Source: Yuukianura sp. NJ FZ-2021 (lineage: Eukaryota). From it: a stretch of 64,000 nucleotides of DNA. Location of the stretch: assembly GCA_046563655.1 (NCBI GenBank), contig CM102286.1:5394001-5458000 (forward strand), given 5' to 3'. Position numbers and translations under genes: made by a program. Below are positions 52,186 through 63,814 of the stretch, piece by piece; the first letter of the stretch is position 1, and each line of letters starts with the position of its first letter. The notes beneath the pieces are model-generated. The model saw only the letters and a list, made by a program, of their open reading frames with translations. It was not told the DNA's origin and did not search any database.

Positions 52186-52191
52186 AATAAA
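52186..52191 (+). terminator. Polyadenylation signal for lines (possibly for the whole methyltransferase-lines transcript)
   Basis: AATAAA about 140 nt after the lines stop codon. Confidence 0.55.
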
Positions 52192-53919
52192 AGAACCTAA
52201 AAAGAATTCACGACTTTCGTGCAAGTTAACTTTATTTTTGAAGATTATTTAGTTGCTAACATTTAGGAAAACGCAACGATTATGTTAGGAATACCATCGT
52301 AGCGATAGTTAAACTTAAAAATTGTTAAACTAAAATGCCAATTTATTGATATCTGCAATGGAATTACCCAACGCGCCTCGAGAGATTTGTTTTGGTTTTT
52401 AAATGTTAATGGCGCTTGTGCTAGAATTTCTTTTCCTTTTCATCTCTTCGACTTCTCGTGTTTTTCTCTTGGTTTCTTTTCTGTTCTGTTCGTTTTGTAC
52501 TTGTACTGTGATGAAGGTCAAAAGTTGCACTTGTAAGGTCGAAGGTGGAATCATTTTCTGTTTTTGCTTTAGGATACTACTCCAGTATTAAGTACTGGAC
52601 GAGAAAAACAGTATTTTTGACTATTTTGACATCATAAGGTTACCCAAAAACGAATGAAAGGTTACCTACCGGTGAAGGTGATGTGAAAGGTACGTTCTCA
52701 TAGTTTTTTTTTAATTTCGTTGAACTGAACTCATTATGCTCATTATGCTGGAAGTTATTAGAAGAATACTATGTATTTTTTTAGGTAGTTCGTTAATACA
52801 TGATTACCAATCATTTTGCAGTAAATACTAATTATGTTTATGTAGTTTTGAAAATTAATTTTTAATATGCTTGTAGGTTCGCTCTCATCGTCGGACATCG
52901 CAATCAATGGGGTCAGAGCAACACCTTAAATTTCTATCATTTCTGAGGTTGCAAGGTCACACAATCTTCACAGGCCGTGGCCGTCATTTTCGAACGGGAA
53001 CTGAAGGTATCTCCAACTCACGTTCAGCTTATCCATTAATTCCACAAGCAAAATGTTTTGGTAAGAAATGAACAGACTGCTTTGGTAAGTAAAGCAGCAG
53101 TAAATGTCGTAAATGTTTCCGCAACATTGTCGCTTCCCCATTTGTGCACATTCCCATCCTACTAACCAATGGAACATAACAACTGGCGTCACAGTCCTTG
53201 ACCCTCCAAAGAGTTGACTATTCCTAATTCCTGTATTCCTAATCCTAATTCCAAATTGGTATTAGTGTTAACATGAATAACACGTAGGAGGTTGAAATTG
53301 GAATTTCTAGCCTTTCCTTTGCAGTGTCACACTAAAAATCGTTCAGTAGGATTCAGTTAGACCCTAATGTGTATGTTTCCTCAAGTAGTACACACTTCTG
53401 GGATTTTATTTCTCGCAATCATTCTTATAAGTTAGTCTACTAGACTACTTATCAAACTATTATTGTATGTCAACCAACTTGGGTCAAGGTCAGGCAGAGT
53501 TACAGCCAAAATGAACGGGCGATACTGAGTTGATGGAAAGTGGTTCACATTGAGACTGGGATCTTTTCAAAGATCACTTCACTACTACTGTCAAACTTAA
53601 TCTCCTCAAGTGGCAGCTCTTGCTGGAGATGGTAGTAACTCATACTACTTGAACACTTTAATAGATGACCACTCGGCTGTTATGTTGCAACAAATAATTC
53701 CCCTGCGTTTAACTTTACTTACTAATGGTCTCCCAACTTCCTAAACCTTGAATCTCAGTTTTTCCTCAGCCAGTCTTTTTACAATCAGGGAGTTGTTCAC
53801 TCGTCGCAACTGATTCCAAAAAATTCTGGAAGCAAGTCCCAAATCGAACAACGCAGGAGATTAACCCAATACGGAAATCATTCTCGGTTCTGCGCCAGGA
53901 AAAGTTGAAGTATTTCAGT

Positions 53920-56900
53920 ATGGCAAAAATTATTTCTGGTACCGAAGTTTCAAAGTAAGTATCCACTTATATTTTCATTAAGATTTATAACGACATGTTT
54001 CCATTTTTTTAAAAACGTATTTCATGTCTTTTTCTCACAGGCAAATCCAACTGGAACTCAAAGATGAAGTGACGAAAATGATGGCGGAAAACAACAACTA
54101 CCGCCCGGGGTTAGCCATTGTTCAAGTTGGGGGTCGTGAGGATTCTAATGTCTACATTCGAATGAAACTCAAGGCTGCTACAGAAATTGGAATCGACGGT
54201 CAACTCTTTAAGTTTCCTAGAACAATTACTGAGTCAGAGGTTTGCTACGATTTCTAAAACGTTACATTATATTTGAGTATAGGTCAAGTTACTCCGAATT
54301 CACTCGTAATTTTATTAATATTACGATGTAGTTGCTGGCCGAGCTGAACAAACTCAACAACGACCCAAAGTTTCATGGAATCATTGTACAAATGCCGTTG
54401 GATGTGGACAACCCTATCGACTCTCATAAGATTACTGATGCGGTGGATCCTGGCAAAGATGTTGATGGGTGAGGCTAACTGAAATATGATAAGAAAGAGT
54501 TATAAATCTAATCGTAAGTATCATTTAAGAGGGTCAGTGAAAGACGACACTCTTTTGCACCATCATAATCATTGAGTTATAACGTCTTCTTCCAGTGTAG
54601 TGTGATTATTACATCAAAACACTAGCAAATGAAGAATGTCTATTGCGCAATTACTGAAAAGATATTTCTGTTGGTTCCGTCGTAGGTTGTGTACAATCAA
54701 TGAAGGTCGCCTCGCAACTGGAGACATGAAATCAGGTTTCATGCCGTGCACCCCCTTCGGTTGTATTGAATTGATCAGGAGGTAAGAGTATACTGCTGAA
54801 TAGAAAATTGAATATGTTTACGTTCTTCAAAATGTTTACGAAATGAATTTTTGAATTTAGAACAGGCGTGCCGATTACTGGGTCAACTGCAGTGGTGCTC
54901 GGGAGGAGTAAAATTGTCGGAACTCCGGCCGCTGAGCTTCTCAAATGGCATGATGCGACTGTCACCGTGTGCCACTCAAAGACTAAAAATCTGAAAGATG
55001 TTGTAAGGAACGAGATTAAATATGATTATTTTTGGCATACTTGCGTAACTGGATTAAGACTAAGAAAGTTTGTGTTGCTTGTTTCAGGTAAAAACTGCTG
55101 AAATCTTGGTTGTGGGAATCGGTAGACCTGAAATGGTGAAAGGTGACTGGGTGAAACCTGGTGCAGTTGTAATTGACTGTGGCATCAATGCAATTCCTGA
55201 CGCCACCAAGAAGAGTGGCCAAAGGCTTGTCGGAGACGTGGCTTACGAAGAGGTTAGCAAAGTAGCTGGATATATCACCCCGGTTCCCGGTGGCGTCGGT
55301 AAGATTTACATTGAAAAATTGCGTTTCTCTATTATTATTTTTTAAATTACGACGACTCGTGCTAATTCTACTTTTTTTTCTCTGAAGGTCCTATGACCGT
55401 TTGCATGTTGATGAAAAATACCGTGATCTCTGCCTGGAGGGCCCTGAAAGAGCATGGCAGCGGTTCTTGGAACTTGACTCCACTATCAATTCATCCAAAA
55501 GATCCTGTTCCAACGTAATATAAAACTTAAGTTTACATTTTCAGATAATACTCCGCCGTTGCCTCTCTTTGGACGACTATCGAATCGAAACGGGAATTGT
55601 CATTAATCTTTTCCCAAATCGAATCTGATTGTCCGGTATTCGTGCTCAAACAGTGTAGTATGTAGTGCTCAGATTCATTCAGGAAATAAATAAGGCCAAT
55701 TATCGAAACACCCATGTTTTGTGTTATTTCTGACTAAAAGTCTCTTGTGTTCCTTCATCCTGCTTCCTGAATTGACGCTCAGTTGTTCCACCTTGCTTTG
55801 TTGTGTCGTTTCAAATCCACGTTTTTCAAATTTTATTTCAAATTGATTCTCATATTTTCAGAGACCTTGAGGTTGCCAGATCCCAGACGCCAAAAGACAT
55901 CACAATTTTGGCGAAAGAAATCGGCATTTTACCAGATGAATTGGAATTGTATGGGACCAGAAAAGCCAAAGTCTCACTCAATGTTGTGAAACGATTAAGT
56001 GGGAACAAAAACGGGAAGTATGTTGTGGTCGCCGGGTAAGTTATCACAATTCGTTAATTAGAACCATGAAGTGCTACTGCTAAAACAACGGAATTGTACT
56101 TTTTTTCAGAATGACGCCTACTCCACTTGGCGAGGGCAAAAGTACAACAACTATGGGGCTGGCTCAGGCTCTCGGGGCGCATTTGAAGAAAAACGTTTTC
56201 GCTTGCATCCGACAGCCTTCTCAAGGTCCAACATTCGGCATCAAAGGTGGAATTTATAACTTAGGCACAACTTTATGCAAAAACTATCAATTCACGTAAA
56301 GTCTAAAACATGTTTTTGCAGGCGGAGCTGCCGGAGGAGGTACGGTTGCTTGAGTTAAGTTCAGCAAACGACATGCGTAAAATGTTGAATGAATTCCAGG
56401 GTACTCTCAAGTCATTCCAATGGAGGAGTTCAATCTGCATTTGACCGGTGACATCCATGCAATCACGGCAGCCAACAATTTACTGGCTGCTCAAATTGAC
56501 ACTCGCATGTTTCACGAAAAGACACAGAAAGATACGGCTCTTTACAATAGACTGGTTCCTGGAAAACCCGGGACGCGGAAATTCTCGAACATCCAAGTTA
56601 GTGCCGTAAAATTGCAGTGCGTTGTTATGTAATATATTAAGCTGGAATCAGTCATTGTGTAATTTTTTCCCATCTGCAGCTTAATAGACTCAAAAAGCTT
56701 GGCATTATGAAGACTGATCCAGACTCGCTTACTGATGAAGAGATTACGCGATTCGCACGACTTAACATCAATCCTGACACTATCACTTGGACACGCGGTA
56801 CTATAACTAATTTTTACAACGAATAACAACTTTGTGTAGTGAGTCATCTTGATTTTGCGCAGTCTTGGACACGAATGACAGATTTCTACGTCAAATTACT

Positions 56901-58516
56901 GTGGGTCAAGCATCAACTGAGGAGAAACATGCACGCTCTACGAGTTTCAAAATTACCGTCGCGAGTGAAATCATGGCTGTTCTAGCTTTGGCTAAAGATT
57001 TGAAGGATATGAGAGAAAAACTTGGTAAAATGGTTATAGGGAGCGACCACAATGATAACCCAATTACAGCAGAAGACTTGGTATGTTTTTGCAAGCAACT
57101 AGTTTTAAGTTGTCTGCTTGCTCAATTTGCTTGATCTTGATCGTAGGGGGTGTCTGGAGCGTTAGCAGTTCTGATGAAAGATGCTATTCGACCAACGTTA
57201 ATGCAAACTTTGGAAGGAACCCCCGGTAAGTTTTCAGTACTTAACCATACCATAATATATTAGGATGGCCGTCCAAGTTAGATCAAATTCCAGTTAGTTA
57301 GTATTATTTGCTGCAGTAATTCGTTTCTTGTAGTCATGGTTCACGCTGGACCATTTGCCAACATTGCCCACGGTAATTCCTCCATTGTCGCTGATGAGAT
57401 TGCACTAAAATTGGTTGGCGAGGAAGGATTCGTGATCACGGAAGCTGGATTTGGGGCAGATATTGGTAAAAATCTAAAATATTTTTAGTTTAAGTTTCCA
57501 TTTGATACATCTTGAACTTTTCTTTGTTGCTAAACAGGAATGGAAAAGTTTATGAACATCAAGACGAGATATTCAGGGCTCCGTCCATCTGCTGTCGTAA
57601 TTGTGGCTACCATAAGAGCGTTAAAAATGCACGGGGGCGCTCCAAACGTAACTCCTGGAACCCCATTGCCTGCAGCGTATTCTGAGGTATTCAGTGCACA
57701 AGTCTAAAATAACTTTTTTTTTTTAAATTACTACGCAGTTGTCTACTATTGCAGGAGAATTTGGATTTTGTGCGTAAAGGTTTCGAAAACGTTAAGCAGC
57801 AAATTCAGAGTGCCAACAAATTCGGCGTTCCTGTAATCATTGGACTCAATAGGTTCAAGTAAGTTGAAAACTTTGTCATACTAAAACCGGAAAATATATG
57901 AGTGACCTACGACCTATTCCTCTCATTAGGACGGACACAGCGAACGAACTCTCTCTGGTCCAAAAACTGTCTCTAGAATGCGGAGCTTTCGATGCAGTTG
58001 TAACTGACCATTGGTCTAAGGGTGGAGCCGGAGCTGTGGATTTGGCAAACTCCTTGATTAAGGCTACAAGTGCACCAAATGATTTTAAGTTCCTGTATGA
58101 CTTGTCTTTACCACTCGAGGAGAAAATTAGGAAGATCGCCTGCGAAATCTATGGAGCGGATGATATTGAACTATCGGAAAAAGCTGCATCCAGGATTGCA
58201 CTCTACACAAAGCAAGGCTTCGGTAACCTGCCAATCTGTATCGCGAAAACGCATCTCTCGCTTTCGCATGATCAAAATTTGAAGGGCGCACCGAAAGGAT
58301 TCAAGCTACCAATCAGCGATGTGACCGCCAGTATTGGAGCAGGGTTCATCATTCCATTAGTGGGAGCCGTAAGTTTTGTTATCATGTAAACGGAAATCAT
58401 AGTGTTAAAAGCGGCGTATTTTGTAGACGCCTACCATACCGGGTCTCCCCACTCGTCCGTGTTTCTACGACGTCGACATCAATCCAGAGACAGAAGAAAT
58501 TGAAGGATTGTTTTAA
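53920..58516 (+). CDS. pug: C-1-tetrahydrofolate synthase (trifunctional dehydrogenase/cyclohydrolase/formyl-THF synthetase; pugilist/MTHFD1), 19 coding exons
   Basis: Exons 53920-53954, 54041-54239, 54332-54468, 54686-54781, 54861-55002, 55088-55298, 55388-55514, 55862-56035, 56110-56246, 56322-56339, 56400-56596, 56680-56797, 56863-57080, 57147-57225, 57334-57465, 57538-57686, 57755-57858, 57930-58368, 58427-58516. Motifs [86 protein letters not shown] and C-terminal IEGLF. Confidence 0.97.
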
Positions 58517-58560
58517 TTTATTGTCAAAATATCGCGGACACTTTCGATGCAACAAGACGT

Positions 58561-60305
58561 TCAACAAATTACTTTTTTGGCAGCTTGGAGTATATGCTTA
58601 TCCAATTGAACTAAAAACCAAACAAATAAAACTGGATTAGTTTTACCAATCAATCGCTAACCAATCCCTATTACTACTATTAATACTTTCACGTGGGAAT
58701 AAGTAAATAAGTGAAGTTAACTTTAGTATGTCCACTTACATATTTTCGACTTTCCGGGAATCGGGATAGGAGTTCGAAGTTGTTTTGGATTCGCCAGAAT
58801 AAGCACATAAGGGTCAGAAACTTCCCCGTTTGGGTACAATTCCAAATACTCTTCCTGAGGAATGCAATCCAGCAAATCCAAGCATCCGAGTAGCACCCCA
58901 GTTGGGTAATTTGATGGAAAGCCAACATCTGAAATACAGAAAGCAATCAAATTGTTTAATGAAAAATCACTATTCTATTTCGTTCAATATGTACGCCATA
59001 TTTGTTAGCTTGAATACCTCCGACAATATGGCGATAACATGCCTCGACTTGAGACGTGAGCTCTGGTGTAGGTGGTTTCTGTCCAGAACAAATCCAGAGA
59101 CGTCCTCTTACTGGTGTATACCACGACCTTCCCTCGAACCTGTTGAAATTTAAAAAATTTGGATTTAAAGAAAATGAGTTTTTAGTTTATGGTTATATGA
59201 TATACCTTTTAATGCCTTCAATGATTAGTGTCGCATAAGGTTGAGAAACAGACAGACAATTTCCAACATCCACCATTTCTTGAAGCTCTGGATCTTGAAG
59301 TCTACTCGACCAGAGTACTGTATTTGAAACGCCAGACTTTTTGAGGCTACCGAGGAATTCCGGTTTCATGAGTTCAACTCCCTCACTTGTATCTTCTCGC
59401 ATTCTGTCGTCGACTTTCGGTTTTGCATTTAGGAAACTCAGGTCCTCAAATATTCTCAACTCAGGTACTTCCTCAATGATTCTTCGGCCTAAATTAGAAA
59501 AATACATGCGAATGCGATGTAAATTCGGTTTAGGTGTAGGATTAGGACGTACCTGCGAAATCAATGGTTACTTTCGTTTTGCGCTTCAGTCGATCCTTTG
59601 CTTCTTGGTATGCTGTCTTTTTCTCTTTCATAACTTTTTTCTCTTCTTCTGATAACCAAGGACTCTCTGTTGCGAAGTAATCAGACTGATCATCAATCAC
59701 TTTCGTACGCCTGGCACTTGTACGATCATACTCCAATAGCCGTTCTTTCGTGGCTTGGGCTTGATTCTCTTGCTCTTGACGCATAGCTTCTTGTGATTGA
59801 TATTGCAGTTTGTTGTATTTTGCAATTAATCGCTGCGCTTCCTTGGTATTCCCAGCTGCCACTTTTGCTCGTTCATCCTTACTCATTACCTAGACACAAA
59901 TTACTAGTAGTTTTAGGATAAATCGTACTAATTTACAAGTTCTTTCATGAGACCAACTCACAACGTCACCGCAAAACATGCAAGGTCCAGCCCCTTCTTG
60001 AATGCAGACAATCCGACCACATGATAAACAATTGTTTACGAGTTCATGCTTCATTGCCAAGCAGTCGCATCTTTGACGTCCTAAGAATAGAACAAAAGTA
60101 CACTTTTTGATAACTATATAAAATTATTTTTTCTAAAGAATTGCATTAAATATTAGCTTCTATTATTCCTTAAGAACTAAGAACAGTCGTAGTTTTATCT
60201 TTTATGTATTACGGATGATAAAATGGATTGTTTATACGAACCTGGAAGAATAGGTGCTGGTAAAGAAGCATTAATTTTAACAAACTTTGTCTTTTTTGGT
60301 GGCAT
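58561..60305 (-). CDS. TRIP4: Activating signal cointegrator 1 (ASC-1/TRIP4): C2HC5 zinc finger plus ASCH domain, 7 coding exons
   Basis: Exons 60242-60305, 59962-60080, 59553-59889, 59206-59488, 59018-59139, 58740-58928, 58561-58610. Motifs CDCLAMKHELVNNCLSCGRIVCIQEGAGPCMFCG, LLEYDRTSARRTKVIDDQSDYF, VTIDFAGR, CLSVSQPYATLIIEGIKRFEGRSWYT..RGRLWI, YPTGVLLGC. Confidence 0.95.
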
Positions 60306-63300
60306 TCTATGGACCGAATTCCCACGTGTACGGGACAAATCTTAGCAGCTTGTGATTGATCTGTCGATCGGACTGTTGACAAGTTTTTTTCGAGTTCAGT
60401 TTCGATTGATTTGAAGGATTGTTATACATATGTAGATTTGATTGACTGATTTTATGCTGTTTGCTGATAAAAAAAAAAACCTGTCACCCATCACCTGTCA
60501 TTCAAGTCAGCTGTGCTGTGTGAGCCTTATTAGCCTTGCCGAAATATTTGAGTTTGACGGATTCGAGCTTCGCGCCGTTAATCCGCGCAACGCTGACCGA
60601 AAGCAAAATCATTTGTGCGTGTTCACAGTGTTTTTGTTTGGCACGTAGTCGGTTTGACAAGTCTATACAGTACTGGCCCACTACTACGAATACAAGCATA
60701 TTGTAATCCAAAGCTGAACTGAGCATGTGGCTGTGGCATGGCGAGTTGAATTAAAACAATTGTTCCACAATTAAATTATTTGAAATAATCGATTGTCCGT
60801 GCGAAGATTCTGTAAAAAAAATTTGTTCCCAAAGGTGTGTTAAATAATCCCTAAACAAAAGGGATTTAACTTTTAAATATATGAATTTATCAAACACCCA
60901 AGACAAAAACGAGCTTAAAACTGATTTCAGCACCCAAAGATGTTGAAACCATTACTAACTCTGTTTCAGCTATTTATGCGACCAGTGTATTTTTTTTCTT
61001 GCTAGGTAGTGTTGAGCGACAGTTGGGGTTGGGGTCATAGCCCCACTTGGGGTTGAAGAGGTCAGGGTCACACATGAAAGGAGACACTCTCAGCTCTCAA
61101 TTTTCTGAAAGGAAAAAAAAAGAATGATCGGAATATGAGTACGCGTTGCGTTCGAAGAGACTTTAAACAACATATTGGCAAAGACTGAATGCGCACCAAC
61201 TGTCGGTTTTCTGTCATTCTGAGTTTGCATCATCCCAGATAAGTCACTACCAAATATGTCAGAAACTCGGGAACTGATCCAAGATCGGTAATTGAGATAC
61301 AAGAAGGTGTCGGTTCGGTAATGTACACGTTTCGCCGGAGTTTATGGTGGAGAAATTACGGTTCAACGCTTTTTTCACAACTCTAGCACTAATATACACA
61401 GTGTTGGTGGACGCTTAAACGTCCAGGTGGTTTAATTGCCACTTCCACTGCATAATCCACCCCCTGGAAGAAACGCACCTGAAATGAATTAAACTTTTAG
61501 TGGATGGAAGAAATTAAGAATTTAACGCAAAATTTAAAAAAAATCGAATTTAAAATTGCAAAATAATATGGAAAAGAGTCTCTTTCATCGTTAAAATTAA
61601 TTGTTTAATTAATACTCATACAAAACCTATATTTCCTTCGTTTTTGTAGGCTATTTTGAATTGTTAGGATTACTGTATTTAAATAATTCAAACCCTGCAG
61701 GCAAAGCTCCGCCCCTTTTGATTCATCCATTTCGTCCATTTCTTTTACTGGATACCCTGCCTGTCGTGGATGAAATGTCGAAAAAGTGGATATCCACCAA
61801 CACTGAATATACACTAAAAATAATCGATATTTCTGTCTAACGTTATTACTCAACTGGCAACTATTTACTAATTGTAAGCTCGATGTGTTGAAGTGTTGAT
61901 AATAAATTAAATCTGAAAAGTTCGCCGCACGCAGCTATACCGTTCGAATGATTCAGCGCATGATTATTTCCGGTATGTGCACACTGAGTACTCGTGATGG
62001 CTTTGAGGTGAATCATTCTCGTCTTTTCTCTTTTGTTTTGTTCATAAGATTCCCATCACTTACTTTCCTTGCCCCTCGCCTCGGGTCACTCAGCTCTCGT
62101 CGTCGACACTATCTTCGGAGTTTGTTTACCCGGTTCGTTGTTGTAAATTAAGTAAGTGACTTTTACTACGTAGTCGCAAATTTGCATTGCATTGCATTCT
62201 TATAGTAAGTTGATATTTAAGGTTCTAAAAGTAAAGTACTGTTGCTGGGTAATCTAATACATCAATCTAACAAAATTTTATTTGCGAATTGTCTTCGTGG
62301 CCGTGGATTGAAAATGACGATTCTTCTAAGCTTTGTTGTAATAACACTTTAGAAAGTTTGTCGATACAACGTTTAGGGACAACAGTTTATTGTACTATTT
62401 TTTGCGTAACAGTTTCTTCAAACATACGTTCCTCATCACTCGATCAATCGACATTCAGGAATTGGTTTGTTTGTAATAATGTATTTATTTAAGTTGATAT
62501 TTTTTGAAGCACTGCTAACGTATTGTGAAAGCTGAATTGTTTTTGTCTGCTTTGAACCCACTAGGAACAAAGCGACCAGCACAAACAACCAGTCACCTAA
62601 ACTTTTTTGACGTTTTATACTAATCTTATCTACATTACGTGGACGTCGCACGAGTGGACGAGTGGAGGGCGTTTTTACTGATCGTTTCGAAGTGCTTTGT
62701 GAAGTTCAAGGTGGAAGTCAACCCAATCAGCTTCATTCCTTCTGGGGTCAGAGCCGTTTTTGAATCTGGTAAGTCAGAATTAATGAATAGAAGACTCCGG
62801 GGGAGTACTAAGTAAAGATTTGATGATGAAACGGAAAACATTGGTTACGTGTGTATTACTTTTACAGGTTGGAATGAATCAAGCGGTATATAGAGATGAA
62901 AAAACGTTAAGTCTCGACTAAAGGCGGTAAGCTTTACTAACCATTAACCATTCTATTACATGTTACAGTCATTTCCATTTGATATCTTTTTGGATTGGTT
63001 ATAATCATGATTCACGACTAGGAAAGTATCAACATAGGAAACAGAACTACTGATCGTAATTAAGTCCGTCAGGGTTAGATTTGAGACTAACGATAAGTAC
63101 CGTGTGTTCTATTTTCCATTCCCATCCAAACAACTTTTTGTAGTTGGCGTTGGTGATTCGGTAGTCACGGATCAGGTTAAAAACTTCATGTTCTTAGAAT
63201 CGTTTTCAATGCCAAAGGAAGACGGAGTACTTTTGCTATACCTAGTACTCAAGCCCTGCGATTTAACCATAAAGTTATTTTTATTAAGCTGGTTTATTTT

Positions 63301-63814
63301 TGGGTTGGACTTGACGTGGCTGTGAAGCTCCTTTCCTGGGATTGAGGATGTGAAGCCCTTAGCCATTTCTTGACCGCCCCTTTGAATTTAATGGCTATTC
63401 ATATTTCTCTTATCTGGTGGCCAGCACACTTTTAAAAATATCTAGCTAATTTTGGAAACAAAGGAATCGGACAGACCTAGGGCAACTTATTTGAACAGAG
63501 CATGTTAAAAAAAGTCGCCAGAACAAATTTGAATATTGAGCTGAATTTAGTTTCCGGACATTCCCCCGTTCAGAATCACTATCTACGACTTTTATTTTGC
63601 CCTTTGAGCATTGCCAGTAAAATACTTTCTATTTGGTTGCCTCCCAGACTCACACAAAAGAAAAATTCCAATTCAAAATGGTTCTTAGATTCCAAAGGTC
63701 GTTATTAAACTTACTATTTCACAATTGATTTAATAATTATACTTCGTTTGTTACGCTACGCAGAAGTTTTATGTGTCTTCTTGTTTCAGGTTCCACTCAA
63801 GGTATCAACACTCA

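Noticed and set aside
54525..54616. Two hairpins followed by ACA in pug intron 3, resembling an H/ACA snoRNA
   Set aside because: No ANANNA H box between the hairpins and the upper stems are weak. Would need a snoRNA/Rfam scan.
61024..61067. G-tract cluster that might form a G-quadruplex
   Set aside because: Long irregular loops and a competing CCCC tract. No functional support from sequence alone.
62270..63420. Protein-like minus-strand stretches interrupted by stops (e.g. SSDEERMFEETVTQKIVQ*, MAKGFTSSIPGKELHSH...)
   Set aside because: No recognisable homology and no consistent minus-strand splice sites. Cannot be called a pseudogene without BLASTx.
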